Positions 10,144 through 22,071 of a stretch of 64,000 nt of DNA are shown here, in pieces. The position numbers and the translations under genes were made by a program. Position 1 is the stretch's first letter. Each line of letters starts with the position of its first letter. Source of the DNA: Acidobacteriota bacterium. Lineage in GTDB: Bacteria > Acidobacteriota > Thermoanaerobaculia > Multivoradales > UBA5704. The stretch is from contig JBDTZG010000017.1 in NCBI GenBank assembly GCA_040005235.1, positions 1 to 64,000 on the forward strand, given 5' to 3'. The notes under the pieces are model-generated. The model was given only the letters and a program-made list of their open reading frames with translations. It did not search any database and was not told the origin of the DNA.

Positions 10144-12576
10144 CTATTCCGCGCGCAGGGCCGTCACGGGCGAGGTGCGGGTCGCCCGATAGGCCGGCAC
10201 GAGGGTCGCCACCAGGCCGGCGGCGATCAACAGGCCGGCGGCGATCGCGATCGAGCCGAGATCGAACGCCGACTGGCCGTACATCAGGCTCGACAGCTTG
10301 TCCGCCGCAAGCCTGGCGAACAACGCGGCGAGCCCGATGCCGACGAGCAACCCGACTCCGACCAGGAACATCGACCGCTTCGCGACCAGTCCGACGATAC
10401 CCCCGTGGCTTTCGCCGAGCGCCATGCGGATACCCAATTCGCGGCGCCTCGTGGCCACAGCGAACGCGAGCAGACCGTAGACGCCGATGAGGGTCAACAT
10501 CAGCGCGGCGCCGCCGAAGAAGCGCGACAGGGTGGAGGCCAGGCGCGACCGGACGAGCGAGTTGGACACCCTTTGGCTCATGGTTTCGATGTCCTCGACC
10601 GGCACTTGCGGGTCGAGCTCTTTGACCGCTTGGCGCAGGGCGCTCGAAAGACCTGCCGGATCGCCGCTCGTGCGCACGACCACGAACGCGAGCGCCGAAC
10701 CGGTCGCCGCGAACGGCCGGTAGAAGGCGGGCTCCGGCTCTTCTCCCAGGCTCATGTGGCGCACCGGGCGCACCACCCCGATGACCTCGACCGGGGCGCC
10801 GGGACCCTGTTCCTCTTCGTAGAAGCTCTTGCCCAGCGGGCTCTCTCCCGGCCAGAGCGCCTGAGCGAGCTTTTCGTCGACCAGGGCGACCCGCGAGCGC
10901 GGTTTCTCCTCGGCCGGAGTGAACAGCCGGCCCTGGACCAATGGAATGCCGAGGGCGGCGAAATAGCCGGACGAGGCGCCGCGGGATCCGGCGGGAAAGG
11001 GAGCGGCGCCGGCATCGCCGCCGACCGCGCGCAGGACGGCTACGTTGTTGTCCCCGACCAGCGGCAGCTGGGTCACCAGGCCCGCGGAGGTTGCGCCCGG
11101 CAGGCCGCGCAACCGCTCTTCGAGCGCGCCGAACCAGGCGGCGCTTTGCGCCGGTTCGGCGGCGATCCGCTTCGGCAAGAACAGCGGCACGGTGAGCGCC
11201 CCTTCGGAGCGGAATCCCGGATCGATCTTGTCGAGCCGCGCCAGGCTGCGGTCGAGGAGCGCAGACGCCGTGAGCACGGCGAGCGCGAGGCCCACCTGGG
11301 CGATCACCAGGCCCGCGCGCAGCGGCTGCCGGTCGCCGCCGCCGCTCCCCTTGCTCCCCTCCTTCAGCCGCTCGACCACGTCCACCCGAAACGCGCGGAC
11401 CGCGGGCGCCAGGCCGAACAAGAGGCCGGTCAAAACCGCGGCGGCGAGTCCGAACAGCAGCGCTCGGCCGGAGAATTCGACTCGCGCGATGACCGGAAAG
11501 ACCTGTTCGGGAATCGTCGCGAGGAGCGCCTTTAAAGCCCAAGATGCAAGCAGCACGCCGACCGCACCGCCGAGAAGGGAGAGCAGCGTGCTCTCGACCA
11601 GCAGCTGGCGGACGATCGCGCCACGGCCCGCGCCGAGCGCGGCGCGCAGCGCCATCTCGCGCTCGCGGGCGAGCGCCCGGGCGAGCAGCAGGCTCGCCAG
11701 GTTCGCGCAGGCGATCAGCAGCACGAGGGTTGCGGCGACCGAGACGAACAGCACCATCGCCTGGAACCGGCCGATCAACTCGGCCCGGATCGGCATCGAA
11801 ATCAGACGAAACCCGCCGTCCGGCGGGTAAGACTCGGGATGCTCGCGAACGAACCGTTGCGAGATCACCTCAAGCTCGCTGGGCAGCTTCTCGATCGAGG
11901 CGCCCGGGGCGAGGCGGGAGACGATCACCAGTCCCCGCGCGTTGCGCGGGGGCAGCGCCGAAAGGTTCATCGCGATCGGCACCCAGAGATCCTGGTTGGC
12001 CGAGAGCGCCCGAAAGCTCTTCGGCATCACGCCCACGACCTCATACGGCTTGTCGTCGAGCAGGATCTTCTTGCCGAGCACCTTCTCGTCTCTCTCGAAG
12101 CGGCGCTGCCAGAGCGACCAGGAGAGGATCGCCACCTGGTTTTGGCCGAGCACGTCTTCGGACTGGGCGAACGTCCGTCCGATCTCGGGCGGCACCTCCA
12201 GCAGATCGAACAGGTTCGCCGAGACGCGGCCGCAGTAAATTCGGGCCGGCTCGCCCTCGCCGGTCAGGTTGAGGGTGAGCGGAATGATCGCCGCGCTTTT
12301 GCCCAGCGATTTGGCCTGCTCGACGAGATCCAGGTATTCGTACCCCGAAAGCGGCGACCGGTCGATGCCGTCGCGAACGAACTGGCCGTAGATCGCCACC
12401 ACGCGATCGGCATTCGGAAACGGCGCGGCGCGCAGGATCAGCGTGTCGGCGAAGCTGAAGATCGCCGTGGCGGCGCCGACTCCGAGCGCCAGGCAGAGGA
12501 CGGCCACTGCGGTGAATCCGGGAGAACGGGCGAGCCCGCGCGCGGCGAGGCGGAAATCGCGAAGCAGAGATTCCAT
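10144..12576 (-). CDS. Duplicated MacB/FtsX-type ABC permease (ADOP-like orphan permease)
   Basis: DFRLAARGLARSPGFTAVAVLCLALGVGA, LVLLIACANLASLLLAR, RRRELGIRMALG, PVTALRAE; two periplasmic + FtsX halves; no ATPase gene adjacent. Confidence 0.9.
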   Translation of the reverse strand: MESLLRDFRLAARGLARSPGFTAVAVLCLALGVGAATAIFSFADTLILRAAPFPNADRVVAIYGQFVRDGIDRSPLSGYEYLDLVEQAKSLGKSAAIIPLTLNLTGEGEPARIYCGRVSANLFDLLEVPPEIGRTFAQSEDVLGQNQVAILSWSLWQRRFERDEKVLGKKILLDDKPYEVVGVMPKSFRALSANQDLWVPIAMNLSALPPRNARGLVIVSRLAPGASIEKLPSELEVISQRFVREHPESYPPDGGFRLISMPIRAELIGRFQAMVLFVSVAATLVLLIACANLASLLLARALAREREMALRAALGAGRGAIVRQLLVESTLLSLLGGAVGVLLASWALKALLATIPEQVFPVIARVEFSGRALLFGLAAAVLTGLLFGLAPAVRAFRVDVVERLKEGSKGSGGGDRQPLRAGLVIAQVGLALAVLTASALLDRSLARLDKIDPGFRSEGALTVPLFLPKRIAAEPAQSAAWFGALEERLRGLPGATSAGLVTQLPLVGDNNVAVLRAVGGDAGAAPFPAGSRGASSGYFAALGIPLVQGRLFTPAEEKPRSRVALVDEKLAQALWPGESPLGKSFYEEEQGPGAPVEVIGVVRPVRHMSLGEEPEPAFYRPFAATGSALAFVVVRTSGDPAGLSSALRQAVKELDPQVPVEDIETMSQRVSNSLVRSRLASTLSRFFGGAALMLTLIGVYGLLAFAVATRRRELGIRMALGESHGGIVGLVAKRSMFLVGVGLLVGIGLAALFARLAADKLSSLMYGQSAFDLGSIAIAAGLLIAAGLVATLVPAYRATRTSPVTALRAE

Positions 12577-12830
12577 AGGGTCAGGCTCCGGGCGCGCGGC
12601 CCATAGTCGGAGGAGATTCATTCCCGCGGGCAGGGAGTGCGAAGCTCTACGTCGACTAAGTGCCGCCGGCAGTCCCGAGCGGGACCGCGGCCGGCGGGAA
12701 GTCCGCTGGGAATCGCCGAGGCACGGGCTGGCGCGGGGAATGATACTCTTGGCCGTCGCAGTAGATTAGCGCCGTACCTGCCGGAGGTTCTCGGCATCGA
12801 ATCTTGACCCTGCGGTCTACGGGAGGAGAT

Positions 12831-13061
12831 GTGGCTCGTCAGAACTACCAACACGGAAAGCGTCAGCGAGAGCTGGCCAAGAAGCAGAAGCAGGATGAGA
12901 AGGTCCAGCGTCGCTTGGAGCGGAAGAACAACCCTCTCTCCGACGATCCGAACGCCCCGGCGGAACCCGGCGAAGGCGGTGAACCGATCGAGGGCGAAGA
13001 AGCGGGCGAAGCTTCGGAAGCTCAAGCCGCCGAGGCCGCCGTACCCGAGGACGTGGCGTAA
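12831..13061 (+). CDS. Small hypothetical protein with a basic N-terminus and an acidic tail
   Basis: GGAGG RBS then GTG; ARQNYQHGKRQRELAKKQKQDEKVQRR followed by an E/A/P-rich tail. Confidence 0.7.
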   Translation: MARQNYQHGKRQRELAKKQKQDEKVQRRLERKNNPLSDDPNAPAEPGEGGEPIEGEEAGEASEAQAAEAAVPEDVA

Positions 13062-13117
13062 CCCTCTCCAGCTCCGATACGTCCCGGAGCCCGATCCAGC
13101 CGCCTCGGCCGCGAGAG

Positions 13118-14194
13118 CTACCTCCCGTCGGCCGTCAGGCGCGCCGCCGCCTCTGTGAATCCTCGGCGAAACTCTTGTTCCATCTCGGCTTTCCGCGGCT
13201 CGGGCAGGAAGGACGCCGCCAGAGCCGCGAGCGAGAAGCCGGCGAGGTCGGCCGCACCGTAGCCGAACGTCCGCGCGAGGCGGCTGTATTCGGTCGCAAG
13301 GTCGGTGTCGAAAAACGGCGGATCGTCGGTGTTGACGTTCACCGCCGCCCCGGCGCGCCGCAGCGAATCGAACGAATGTGCGGAAAGATCGGGATACACC
13401 CCGAGACAGACGTTCGAAGAGGGGCAAATGTCGAGCGGCAGCCGCCGCTCGACCAGCTCTCGCACCAGGGCGGGATCTTCGGTCGCCCGGACGCCATGAT
13501 CGAGCCGGTCGGGGCCGACGACGTCGAGCACCGAGCGGATCGAGTCCGGCCCGCCGTGCTCGCCGGCATGGGCGACCAAGCGTAGGCCGGCTTTCCGCGC
13601 GGCGTCGAAATGCTCCCGGAACGGCTCGTTGGGATAGCCGTTTTCGATCCCCGCGAGGCCCACCGCCACCACCAGGCCGGTCTTGTCGGCGAGCGCCCAT
13701 TCGATCGTTTTGTCCGCCGCCTCGACGGCGACGTTCCGCACGATGTCCGGGATCAGGCGCAGGGTGACGCCTAAATCGCGCTCGGCCTCGGCCGCCGCAT
13801 CGGCGATCGCTTCTCGGACCGCCTCGCCGTCGGCGCCGTTGCCGAGATGGGTCTGGATGGTGAAATGCGCCTCGGTGTAGACGATGTTCTGGCGCGCTTG
13901 GCTTGCGAGCACGTCGGCTGCGAGCGCGCGGAAATCTTCCGGCGAGCGTAGGCAGCGGGAGCAGGTGAGGTAGATCTCGACGAAGTGGTCGAAATTGCGG
14001 AAGCGGAACCACTCGCGAAGGCCCGCGATGTCCGCCGCCGGCAGCTCCACCCGGTTGCGCTTCGCGAGGTCGAGCAGCACGTTCGGCCGCATCGACCCTT
14101 CGAGGTGGACGTGCAGCTCGACCTTGGGGATTTCCAGCGCGAAGCGTTCGAGGCCAACGGACCCCTCCGACCTCGCGGGGTCCGCAGGGCTCAC
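13118..14194 (-). CDS. add: Adenosine/adenine deaminase
   Basis: PKVELHVHLEGS, AHAGE, RLDHG, CPSSN, NTDDP. Confidence 0.9.
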   Translation of the reverse strand: MSPADPARSEGSVGLERFALEIPKVELHVHLEGSMRPNVLLDLAKRNRVELPAADIAGLREWFRFRNFDHFVEIYLTCSRCLRSPEDFRALAADVLASQARQNIVYTEAHFTIQTHLGNGADGEAVREAIADAAAEAERDLGVTLRLIPDIVRNVAVEAADKTIEWALADKTGLVVAVGLAGIENGYPNEPFREHFDAARKAGLRLVAHAGEHGGPDSIRSVLDVVGPDRLDHGVRATEDPALVRELVERRLPLDICPSSNVCLGVYPDLSAHSFDSLRRAGAAVNVNTDDPPFFDTDLATEYSRLARTFGYGAADLAGFSLAALAASFLPEPRKAEMEQEFRRGFTEAAARLTADGR

Positions 14195-14709
14195 GGGCGA
14201 TGCCCCGGGCGCAGCCGTTCGGCGAGCAGCTCGAGCACCGACGGCGGCACCAGCCCGGTGAGATCGCCGCCGAGCCCGTAGACCTCTTTGACCAGCCGGC
14301 TCGACAGGTAGCTGAAATCTTCCTTCGGCATCATGAACACGGTCTCGACGTTCGGGTTCAAGCGCCGGTTCATCAACGCCATTTGGAACTCGAACTCGAA
14401 ATCGGAGACGGCACGCAGGCCCCGGACCACCGTGCGCGCGCCCAGGCGGGCCATGAAATCGACCAGCAGCCCCGAGAAGCTCTCGACCCGGCAGGGCGCG
14501 CCCGGGAAGCGCTCGGAGAGCAGGTCGCGCACCATCGCGACCCGTTCGTCGACCGAGAACATCGGCCGCTTCTCCTCGTTGAACAGCACCGCGACCACCA
14601 CCTCGTCGAAGATCGGCAGGCAGCGCTCGACGATGTCCAAATGGCCGTTGTGGAACGGATCGAACGAACCGGGATAGACCGCGATCCGTCGCGTCGGAAT
14701 ACCTGTCAT
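14191..14709 (-). CDS. coaD: Pantetheine-phosphate adenylyltransferase
   Basis: AVYPGSFDPFHNGHLD, VRGLRAVSDFEFEFQMALMN, SSRLVKE; ATGA overlap with the upstream gene. Confidence 0.97.
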   Translation of the reverse strand: MTGIPTRRIAVYPGSFDPFHNGHLDIVERCLPIFDEVVVAVLFNEEKRPMFSVDERVAMVRDLLSERFPGAPCRVESFSGLLVDFMARLGARTVVRGLRAVSDFEFEFQMALMNRRLNPNVETVFMMPKEDFSYLSSRLVKEVYGLGGDLTGLVPPSVLELLAERLRPGHRP

Positions 14710-17024
14710 CGGCCCTTCGCCCTCGCTATCTTGTCGGTCAGATCGAAAGTGGCCGCATTGTACGCGCCGTCGGTCGCGCGCAACAGGAGATATCGGGTTC
14801 CCGCCGGAACGTCCAGGATCAATTCCTCGCGCCGGCCGTCGAGCAGGCCATCCGCTGCCTTGGCCGAATGCCACTCTCCCCCGTCGAAGCTCACCTGAGC
14901 GTCGCGCACGGGGCTCCAGGCGTCTTCGAGCGTGACCCGGAGCTGCGCGCCCTCCGCTTCGGCTTTCGCCAGCGTCGGCGGCGAGTGATCGACGGTGAGC
15001 GCCGGGCTCACCTCTTCGGCGGACAGCCCCTCGCCCGCGTCGTTGGCGTCGGCGTCCGTCGCCTCCAGCCGGAAGCGATAGAGGCCGTCCGGCAGCGCGC
15101 CGACGTCGAAGCTCAGATATTCGTCCGACAGGTCGGCCGCGAGCTTGAGCCAGCCCGCCCCGTCGTTTGAAACGGCTCCCCTGTCCTCCCCCACCCCATG
15201 GCCCGCCGGGCGAAACGTCAAGGTGTAGCGGAGCGGATCGCCGTTTGGGTCGCTCGCCTTCCAGCGCAGCGAGCGGTAGCCGAGCTTCCACAGCGGCTTC
15301 AGCCGGCCGCTGTCGTCGATCTCCTCGGCCGGCGCGAGTGTGGTGAACAGCCCCTCGCGGTTCGGATGGACCGGCTCGAACGTCTGGTTCGACGGATTGA
15401 AGTTCTGCGGCACCAGGATCTGGCCCGGCGGCAATGCACCGAACGCCTCGATCTTCGGCCTCTGGTTCAGCTGGCGGTAGGAGAGCTCGACCGCGGCGAC
15501 GCGCGGCGACGCCTTGCCTCCGGCCGGCCCCACGAGCTGCGCTCGCCACTGGAGATACCGGCCCGACGGCGCGCCGTCCGCGCCGGCCCCTCCGGAGATC
15601 GCGATCTCGTCGCGAGTCGCGATCGAGCGCCAGGGGCTCCACTGCGACCAGGTCCGATCCGGATTGGCGCTCGCGCCGCTCCTCACCGAGAAACTCACCG
15701 AGGCGCCGGCCGGCACCTCGCCGCGCCACCGGAGCCGGCCGAACTTGGCCGGCGCGCCGGCATCGAGCACCGCGCCGGTGAACGTCCCTTGGGTCTCAAG
15801 CTCGGCGGTCGTCCGATAGAGCGCGGCACCGTTGGTGGTGGCGATCGTTGGGCCGGAGGCCCCCGCCACCAGAGCGACGAGCTGCCGCTCGTCGGTGTCT
15901 TTTTCCAGCTCCATCCGGCCGGTCGAGGTGCCCGACGGCCGGTAGGAGTAGAGCTTCCCTTCAAGGCCGGTCGCCACCCACAGCCGATCCTGCCAGAGCA
16001 GGTCGAACACCGTCTCGTCGGCGAAGTTGCCGATCCCCTCGGAGAGGCCGTTCGGGGCGATCGCCACCACCTCGCTCCTCGGCGTGCCGGCTTTACCGCC
16101 CGCCGGTTCGGGCTCGCCGATCGTCACGGTGACCGTCGGCTCGCCGGGCTTGCCGCCACCCGTCCCGTTTGCCGGTCCGCCAGCCGCCGGCCCGCCAGGC
16201 GCCGCCGCGCCGCCGACCGCCGGCACCAAGCTCGCCTCGGAGGCGACCAGCGCGGCGTAGATCGTCCCGTCGGGGCCGAGCGCGAGCGCCGCAACCTCGG
16301 GCTCTGCGGCGTCGAACAGGGTGCGCGCCGTGCCGTCCTTGGCGATCCGCAGGACCAAACCCTCGCCCGAAGTACCGACGATCACGTCGCCCCCGGCGCT
16401 CGCCGGCAGCGCGAGTAGGCTGCGCAGGTGCGGCTCGTCGGCGTCGTAGAAGACTTTGCCCTTGCCGTCGCCATCCACCCGGAACAGCTTCCCCTCGGTG
16501 CCGGTCGCCACCAGCAGCGCGCCGTCCGCGGCGCGCCGGATCGCCCAGATGTAGGTGGAAGCCGGGTCGAAGAACGGTTTGGCCTCGGCTTTGCCCTTGC
16601 CCGCGGTCGCGATGCGGTAGACCTTGCCGTGCGGCGAGGTGCCCGCGTAGAGCGTGCCGTCGGGGTCGGCCCAGAGCGCGAAGACCTCCGGCTCGGGGGC
16701 GTCGAACAGCACGCTCACCTCGCCCTTGGCGGTCACCTTGAGTATCTTGCCGTCGTTGCCGGTGCCGACCGCCCAGCCGCCGGGGATCGCGACGGCCGAG
16801 AGCACGAACGGCTCGCCGAGAGCGGCCATCCGCTCCACCTTCGGCGCCAGATCGAGAAAGCCGCCGGGGTCGAGCGCGACACCTGAAAGCGTGCCGGACC
16901 GGAAGTCGGCCCCGGTCTGGACCTGGAAGATCCGGACTTCGGTGGCGCCCGCCAACGATGCGGCGAACAGGATTCCGGCGCCGAGAGCAGCGGCCCCGGC
17001 GACCTTGGCGAGCGTTGGTTTCAT
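14706..17024 (-). CDS. Secreted beta-propeller repeat protein with C-terminal Fn3/Ig-like domains
   Basis: Signal peptide; repeated DGTLYAGT/GKVYRI-type blades; WSQWS and W-x-A-S-D-P-N-G-D-x-L-x-Y motifs. Confidence 0.75.
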   Translation of the reverse strand: MKPTLAKVAGAAALGAGILFAASLAGATEVRIFQVQTGADFRSGTLSGVALDPGGFLDLAPKVERMAALGEPFVLSAVAIPGGWAVGTGNDGKILKVTAKGEVSVLFDAPEPEVFALWADPDGTLYAGTSPHGKVYRIATAGKGKAEAKPFFDPASTYIWAIRRAADGALLVATGTEGKLFRVDGDGKGKVFYDADEPHLRSLLALPASAGGDVIVGTSGEGLVLRIAKDGTARTLFDAAEPEVAALALGPDGTIYAALVASEASLVPAVGGAAAPGGPAAGGPANGTGGGKPGEPTVTVTIGEPEPAGGKAGTPRSEVVAIAPNGLSEGIGNFADETVFDLLWQDRLWVATGLEGKLYSYRPSGTSTGRMELEKDTDERQLVALVAGASGPTIATTNGAALYRTTAELETQGTFTGAVLDAGAPAKFGRLRWRGEVPAGASVSFSVRSGASANPDRTWSQWSPWRSIATRDEIAISGGAGADGAPSGRYLQWRAQLVGPAGGKASPRVAAVELSYRQLNQRPKIEAFGALPPGQILVPQNFNPSNQTFEPVHPNREGLFTTLAPAEEIDDSGRLKPLWKLGYRSLRWKASDPNGDPLRYTLTFRPAGHGVGEDRGAVSNDGAGWLKLAADLSDEYLSFDVGALPDGLYRFRLEATDADANDAGEGLSAEEVSPALTVDHSPPTLAKAEAEGAQLRVTLEDAWSPVRDAQVSFDGGEWHSAKAADGLLDGRREELILDVPAGTRYLLLRATDGAYNAATFDLTDKIARAKGR

Positions 17025-19075
17025 CGATCTCTCTCCCGGAATTCTTGGGGGTGGGTGGCGGCGGCAATGGGGTTCGCGACCCGGGGCCGGCCGGCGGGCA
17101 ACGCGCTGGCGACCTCGCCGGCCGCGGAGTCCGCGCCCTCGGTGTTCAGCTCGGGCGGCTCGGCCGGCGAACCGCCGGGCGCGCGCACTTCGACTTCGAT
17201 TTTGACCAGTCCCGAAGCCGGCGCGTCGAGCGGGGCGGAAGCCTGCGCAATCACCGCGCCGGAAAACGGCGTGCCCAGCCCGGCGCCCCCGGAACCCCAG
17301 AGCGACCGCACGCTGCCCGGCAGCTGCGGCATCGTGGCACCTCCGGCGACCACTCCCGGACGGGGTTGGGAGACGATTGCTGAAAGCTCGCGTCGGGTAT
17401 GGAACGAGCCCAGCAGCGCGAGCGCCTGGGGCAGCGTCTCGGGATTCGCCGGTTCGAGCTGTAGACGCGCGGCGTCGATGCTCGCACCGTCGCCCACCCA
17501 GACGGAATAGCGCCCGGGGTCGAGATCCTTCGGCAGAGCGAGGTCGAGCGAGCGGCGCGACGTGGCGCCGCGGAACGCTCGCATATCGACCTCAAGGCGG
17601 ACCCGGTCGCCCGGCCGGACCACCGTCCGCTCGGCATGGGCGCCGTCAATCGACAATCCGCGCGGCTCGCTCGCCTGGTCGAAGTTGACTTCCATCCCCT
17701 GGATGCGAATCCGTTCGAGGTCGTTCTGCGCCAGATACGAGGCGATCGAGAGCAGATAGGCGACCGCCTCGTTGGTGGCGTTTTCGCCGTCGAAGCTCTG
17801 GGCGATCGTCAGGTCGCCCTGGCCGGCGATCGAAATCCGGGCCGAGAGGTCGAGCGACTGCCCGCCGGCCGTGCGACTGGCCGCCTCCAAGGAAGCAAGC
17901 GCCGCCGTGCCGACCATTCCGGGCACCAGGTCGGGCACGTCGGCGATCCGCATGTGGTACTCGTGCTCGCGCTCGCCGTGGACCTTGACCACGATCGGAA
18001 ACATCGGCGCCACCGCGCCGATCCGGCCTTGGATTCCCGAGCGGCGGTCCTGTTGGACCGCGCCGACGATCGGCCCAATGTTGGCGATTTTGAACGAGTT
18101 GTACTGGTTCGACAGGATCGTCACCACCTCGGCCGGCGCCATCGGGATCGACACCGGACCGGCGCCCAGGAAGGCATGGCCGAACGCGAGCAGTGAGTCG
18201 CCGCCCCGGTCGGTCACCGTGCCGGTCGCTCCGAGCCGGAAGTCGCCGTCCAGGATGACGCCCGACACCGCGCCGCCGGGGACCAGATCGGCCTGCCCAA
18301 GAGTCGGGCCGCCGGAGTCCGAAGTCCCGGGGGCGGCATCGTTCGCCCGGCCGGCGAGCGCCAGGGCGGTCGAGCCGAACCCTTGGCGCAGGGCTGCCAC
18401 CGAGCGTTCGCCGAAGCCGCTCGCGGACCAGACCACGGCGCCCTGCGCGCCCGTACCCTCGGGGGAAAAGCGCGCGGAGAGCGAGGCGAGCTCGCGAGAG
18501 AGGAGGTCACCGGGAATCCGCCGCGCCAGCAGATCGGCGAGCGGCACGATCGGCCGCCCGGTGGCGAGGCTCCCGGCCACCGGTGCTCCTCCGGGGGCGC
18601 CGGAACTCCCGGGATCGCCGGGATCGCCCACTTTGCGCATCGAAGCGATTGGCGTCACGCCGCCGATCGCCTCGTTCGAGAACGGCCAGCCGAACGCGAC
18701 CGCGCCGAGCAGGCGGTCGTCCAGATAGACCGGGCTGCCGCTCATGCCGGCGGCGACTCCGCTCTTTTCCAGGTCGTGCCCGGTGAGCTTGACCAGCACG
18801 TAGCTCAAGCCGGGCGCCAAGTTTCTCATCACCCCAACGACCTCGACGTCGAAACGTTCGGGCACCGTACCTTGAAATACCGTGACGCCGTAGCCCTTCT
18901 GGCCCACCTTCACCTCGTCGATCGAGTACGAAGGCGCGGTGAACGGCGATGCCGGCAATGTCGGCGACATTGGCGGCTGAGCGGCCCCAAGGATGTTGGG
19001 AAGAAGGAAGGTGGGAAGAAGGACAGCCCCGAGTGCGAGTGCGAGCGCGTAGCGATTCCAGACTCTGAAGCTCAT
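17021..19075 (-). CDS. SpoIVB-like peptidase (family S55), secreted
   Basis: GQKGYGVTVFQG, GVAAGMSGSPVY, GTVT, AFGH; signal peptide; start MSFRVWNR overlaps the tsaC stop. Confidence 0.85.
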   Translation of the reverse strand: MSFRVWNRYALALALGAVLLPTFLLPNILGAAQPPMSPTLPASPFTAPSYSIDEVKVGQKGYGVTVFQGTVPERFDVEVVGVMRNLAPGLSYVLVKLTGHDLEKSGVAAGMSGSPVYLDDRLLGAVAFGWPFSNEAIGGVTPIASMRKVGDPGDPGSSGAPGGAPVAGSLATGRPIVPLADLLARRIPGDLLSRELASLSARFSPEGTGAQGAVVWSASGFGERSVAALRQGFGSTALALAGRANDAAPGTSDSGGPTLGQADLVPGGAVSGVILDGDFRLGATGTVTDRGGDSLLAFGHAFLGAGPVSIPMAPAEVVTILSNQYNSFKIANIGPIVGAVQQDRRSGIQGRIGAVAPMFPIVVKVHGEREHEYHMRIADVPDLVPGMVGTAALASLEAASRTAGGQSLDLSARISIAGQGDLTIAQSFDGENATNEAVAYLLSIASYLAQNDLERIRIQGMEVNFDQASEPRGLSIDGAHAERTVVRPGDRVRLEVDMRAFRGATSRRSLDLALPKDLDPGRYSVWVGDGASIDAARLQLEPANPETLPQALALLGSFHTRRELSAIVSQPRPGVVAGGATMPQLPGSVRSLWGSGGAGLGTPFSGAVIAQASAPLDAPASGLVKIEVEVRAPGGSPAEPPELNTEGADSAAGEVASALPAGRPRVANPIAAATHPQEFRERDR

Positions 19076-19748
19076 GCCTCTCCTCTCGATGAGGACAACG
19101 ATGCCGGCAGCCCCTCTAGGCGCTCGGCGGGGAACGGACCTTGGCGCAGGATGCGGATCTGGTCGGCGGCGTCGAAGGCGACGAGGGTCGACGGCGGTCC
19201 ACCCGGCGCCTCGCCCGCGACCACCGCGAAATCGACCGCTCCGGCCTCTTCCAGTAACTCGGCCACCTCCCGCGCGTCGAGCAGCGGCGGCTCGCCGGTG
19301 CGGTTCGCGCTGGTCGCCGTGAGCGGACCGATCGCAGCGAGCAGCTCTCGCAGCTCCGCGTGATCCGGAATGCGCACCGCGAGCGTTGGGCGGCCGAGCG
19401 CTGCGGGCAGGTCGGTCCCCTCCGCCAGCGCCAGCACCCCCGTCAACGGAGCGGGCCAGAACGGGGCGAGCCGGCGCACCGGCTCCGAATCGGGGTCGAT
19501 GCCGAGGTCGGCGAGTTGCGACAGATCGGCGACGACCACCGGCAGCGGTTTGCGCTCCGGATCGAAGTCGCCGGAGCCGCGATTCCAATCGATCCGGCGA
19601 TCGATCCGCCGCTTGATCCGTTCGATCGCTGCGACACCCGCGGCGCTGTGCGGATCGACCCCCAGGCCGTAGCTCGATTCGGTGGGAAAGGCGATCACGC
19701 CGCCGCGAGAACGGAGCGCGCGAAGCTCCTCGATCGTCGTCTCTCCAC

Positions 19749-19752
<4 letters not shown>
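19072..19752 (-). CDS. tsaC: Threonylcarbamoyl-AMP synthase (TsaC/Sua5)
   Basis: IAFPTESSYGLG, FWPAPLT, AVRIP, TATSAN, PST. Confidence 0.88.
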
Positions 19753-21461
<1,709 letters not shown>

Positions 21462-21473
21462 GCTTGGGCGTTC

Positions 21474-21884
21474 CTACTCGTCCGAGAAGTCCGTGGGATG
21501 GGCGGGGCTCGACGCGGGATGGTTGTAGGTCGAGGGCACGTGGTCGGGATCGTCCTGCGCGCGGCGCTCGAAGCTCAAGAAGTCGTAATAGCCGCAACGT
21601 CCGTCGCCCGGGTAGGTGCGGCAGATCGCCGGCCGTGCTTCATAGATCGAGCAGCGCCGCGTCGTGCGGTCGAGAAACTGGCAGGCCGTACCGTAGATCT
21701 CGTCCGGCGTGTGGCGCAGGATCAGCTCTTTCGGCTCCTCCCCACGGCGGACGAATTTCTTCCGCGCGGCGCCGTACGACAGGCCGAAATGCTTCGCCAA
21801 GCGAATGAGATCGCTCTCTTCGACCTGAATGCGCGGGTACGAACAGCAGTATGAAGGGCAGCGATCGCAGTTGTAGAACGGCAC
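21474..21884 (-). CDS. YkgJ-family cysteine-cluster protein
   Basis: CDRCPSYCC, CQFLD, CSIYEARPAICRTYP; GGAGG RBS before the GTG at 21884. Confidence 0.85.
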   Translation of the reverse strand: MPFYNCDRCPSYCCSYPRIQVEESDLIRLAKHFGLSYGAARKKFVRRGEEPKELILRHTPDEIYGTACQFLDRTTRRCSIYEARPAICRTYPGDGRCGYYDFLSFERRAQDDPDHVPSTYNHPASSPAHPTDFSDE

Positions 21885-22071
21885 CGGGTCCTCCCTGAGA
21901 CGGGATTCTATCCCGGGCGACGCGAGCTGCGCAGTCGTTGGGTCCGATTGTGTGTCCGAGGGGAAGAGGTCCGAGAGGAAAGGGACCTCGCCTCCCCGCT
22001 CCCTCGGGCGCCGTCGGCTCCGCCGGTCGCTACGGCTCAAACGAAGCCTCTACCGGACCGAAAGACGAGCG

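Noticed and set aside
8492-11542. 1016-aa ORF, and similar long ORFs at 26462-29572, 55244-58648 and 19917-21854
   Set aside because: Off-frame or antisense shadows of well-supported genes; low-complexity translations expected at high GC.
12838-12863. Additional GTCAGAA half-site (another on the minus strand at 1704-1710)
   Set aside because: Both are inside coding sequence and lack CGAA at the conserved spacing. My scan was by eye and may have missed other copies.
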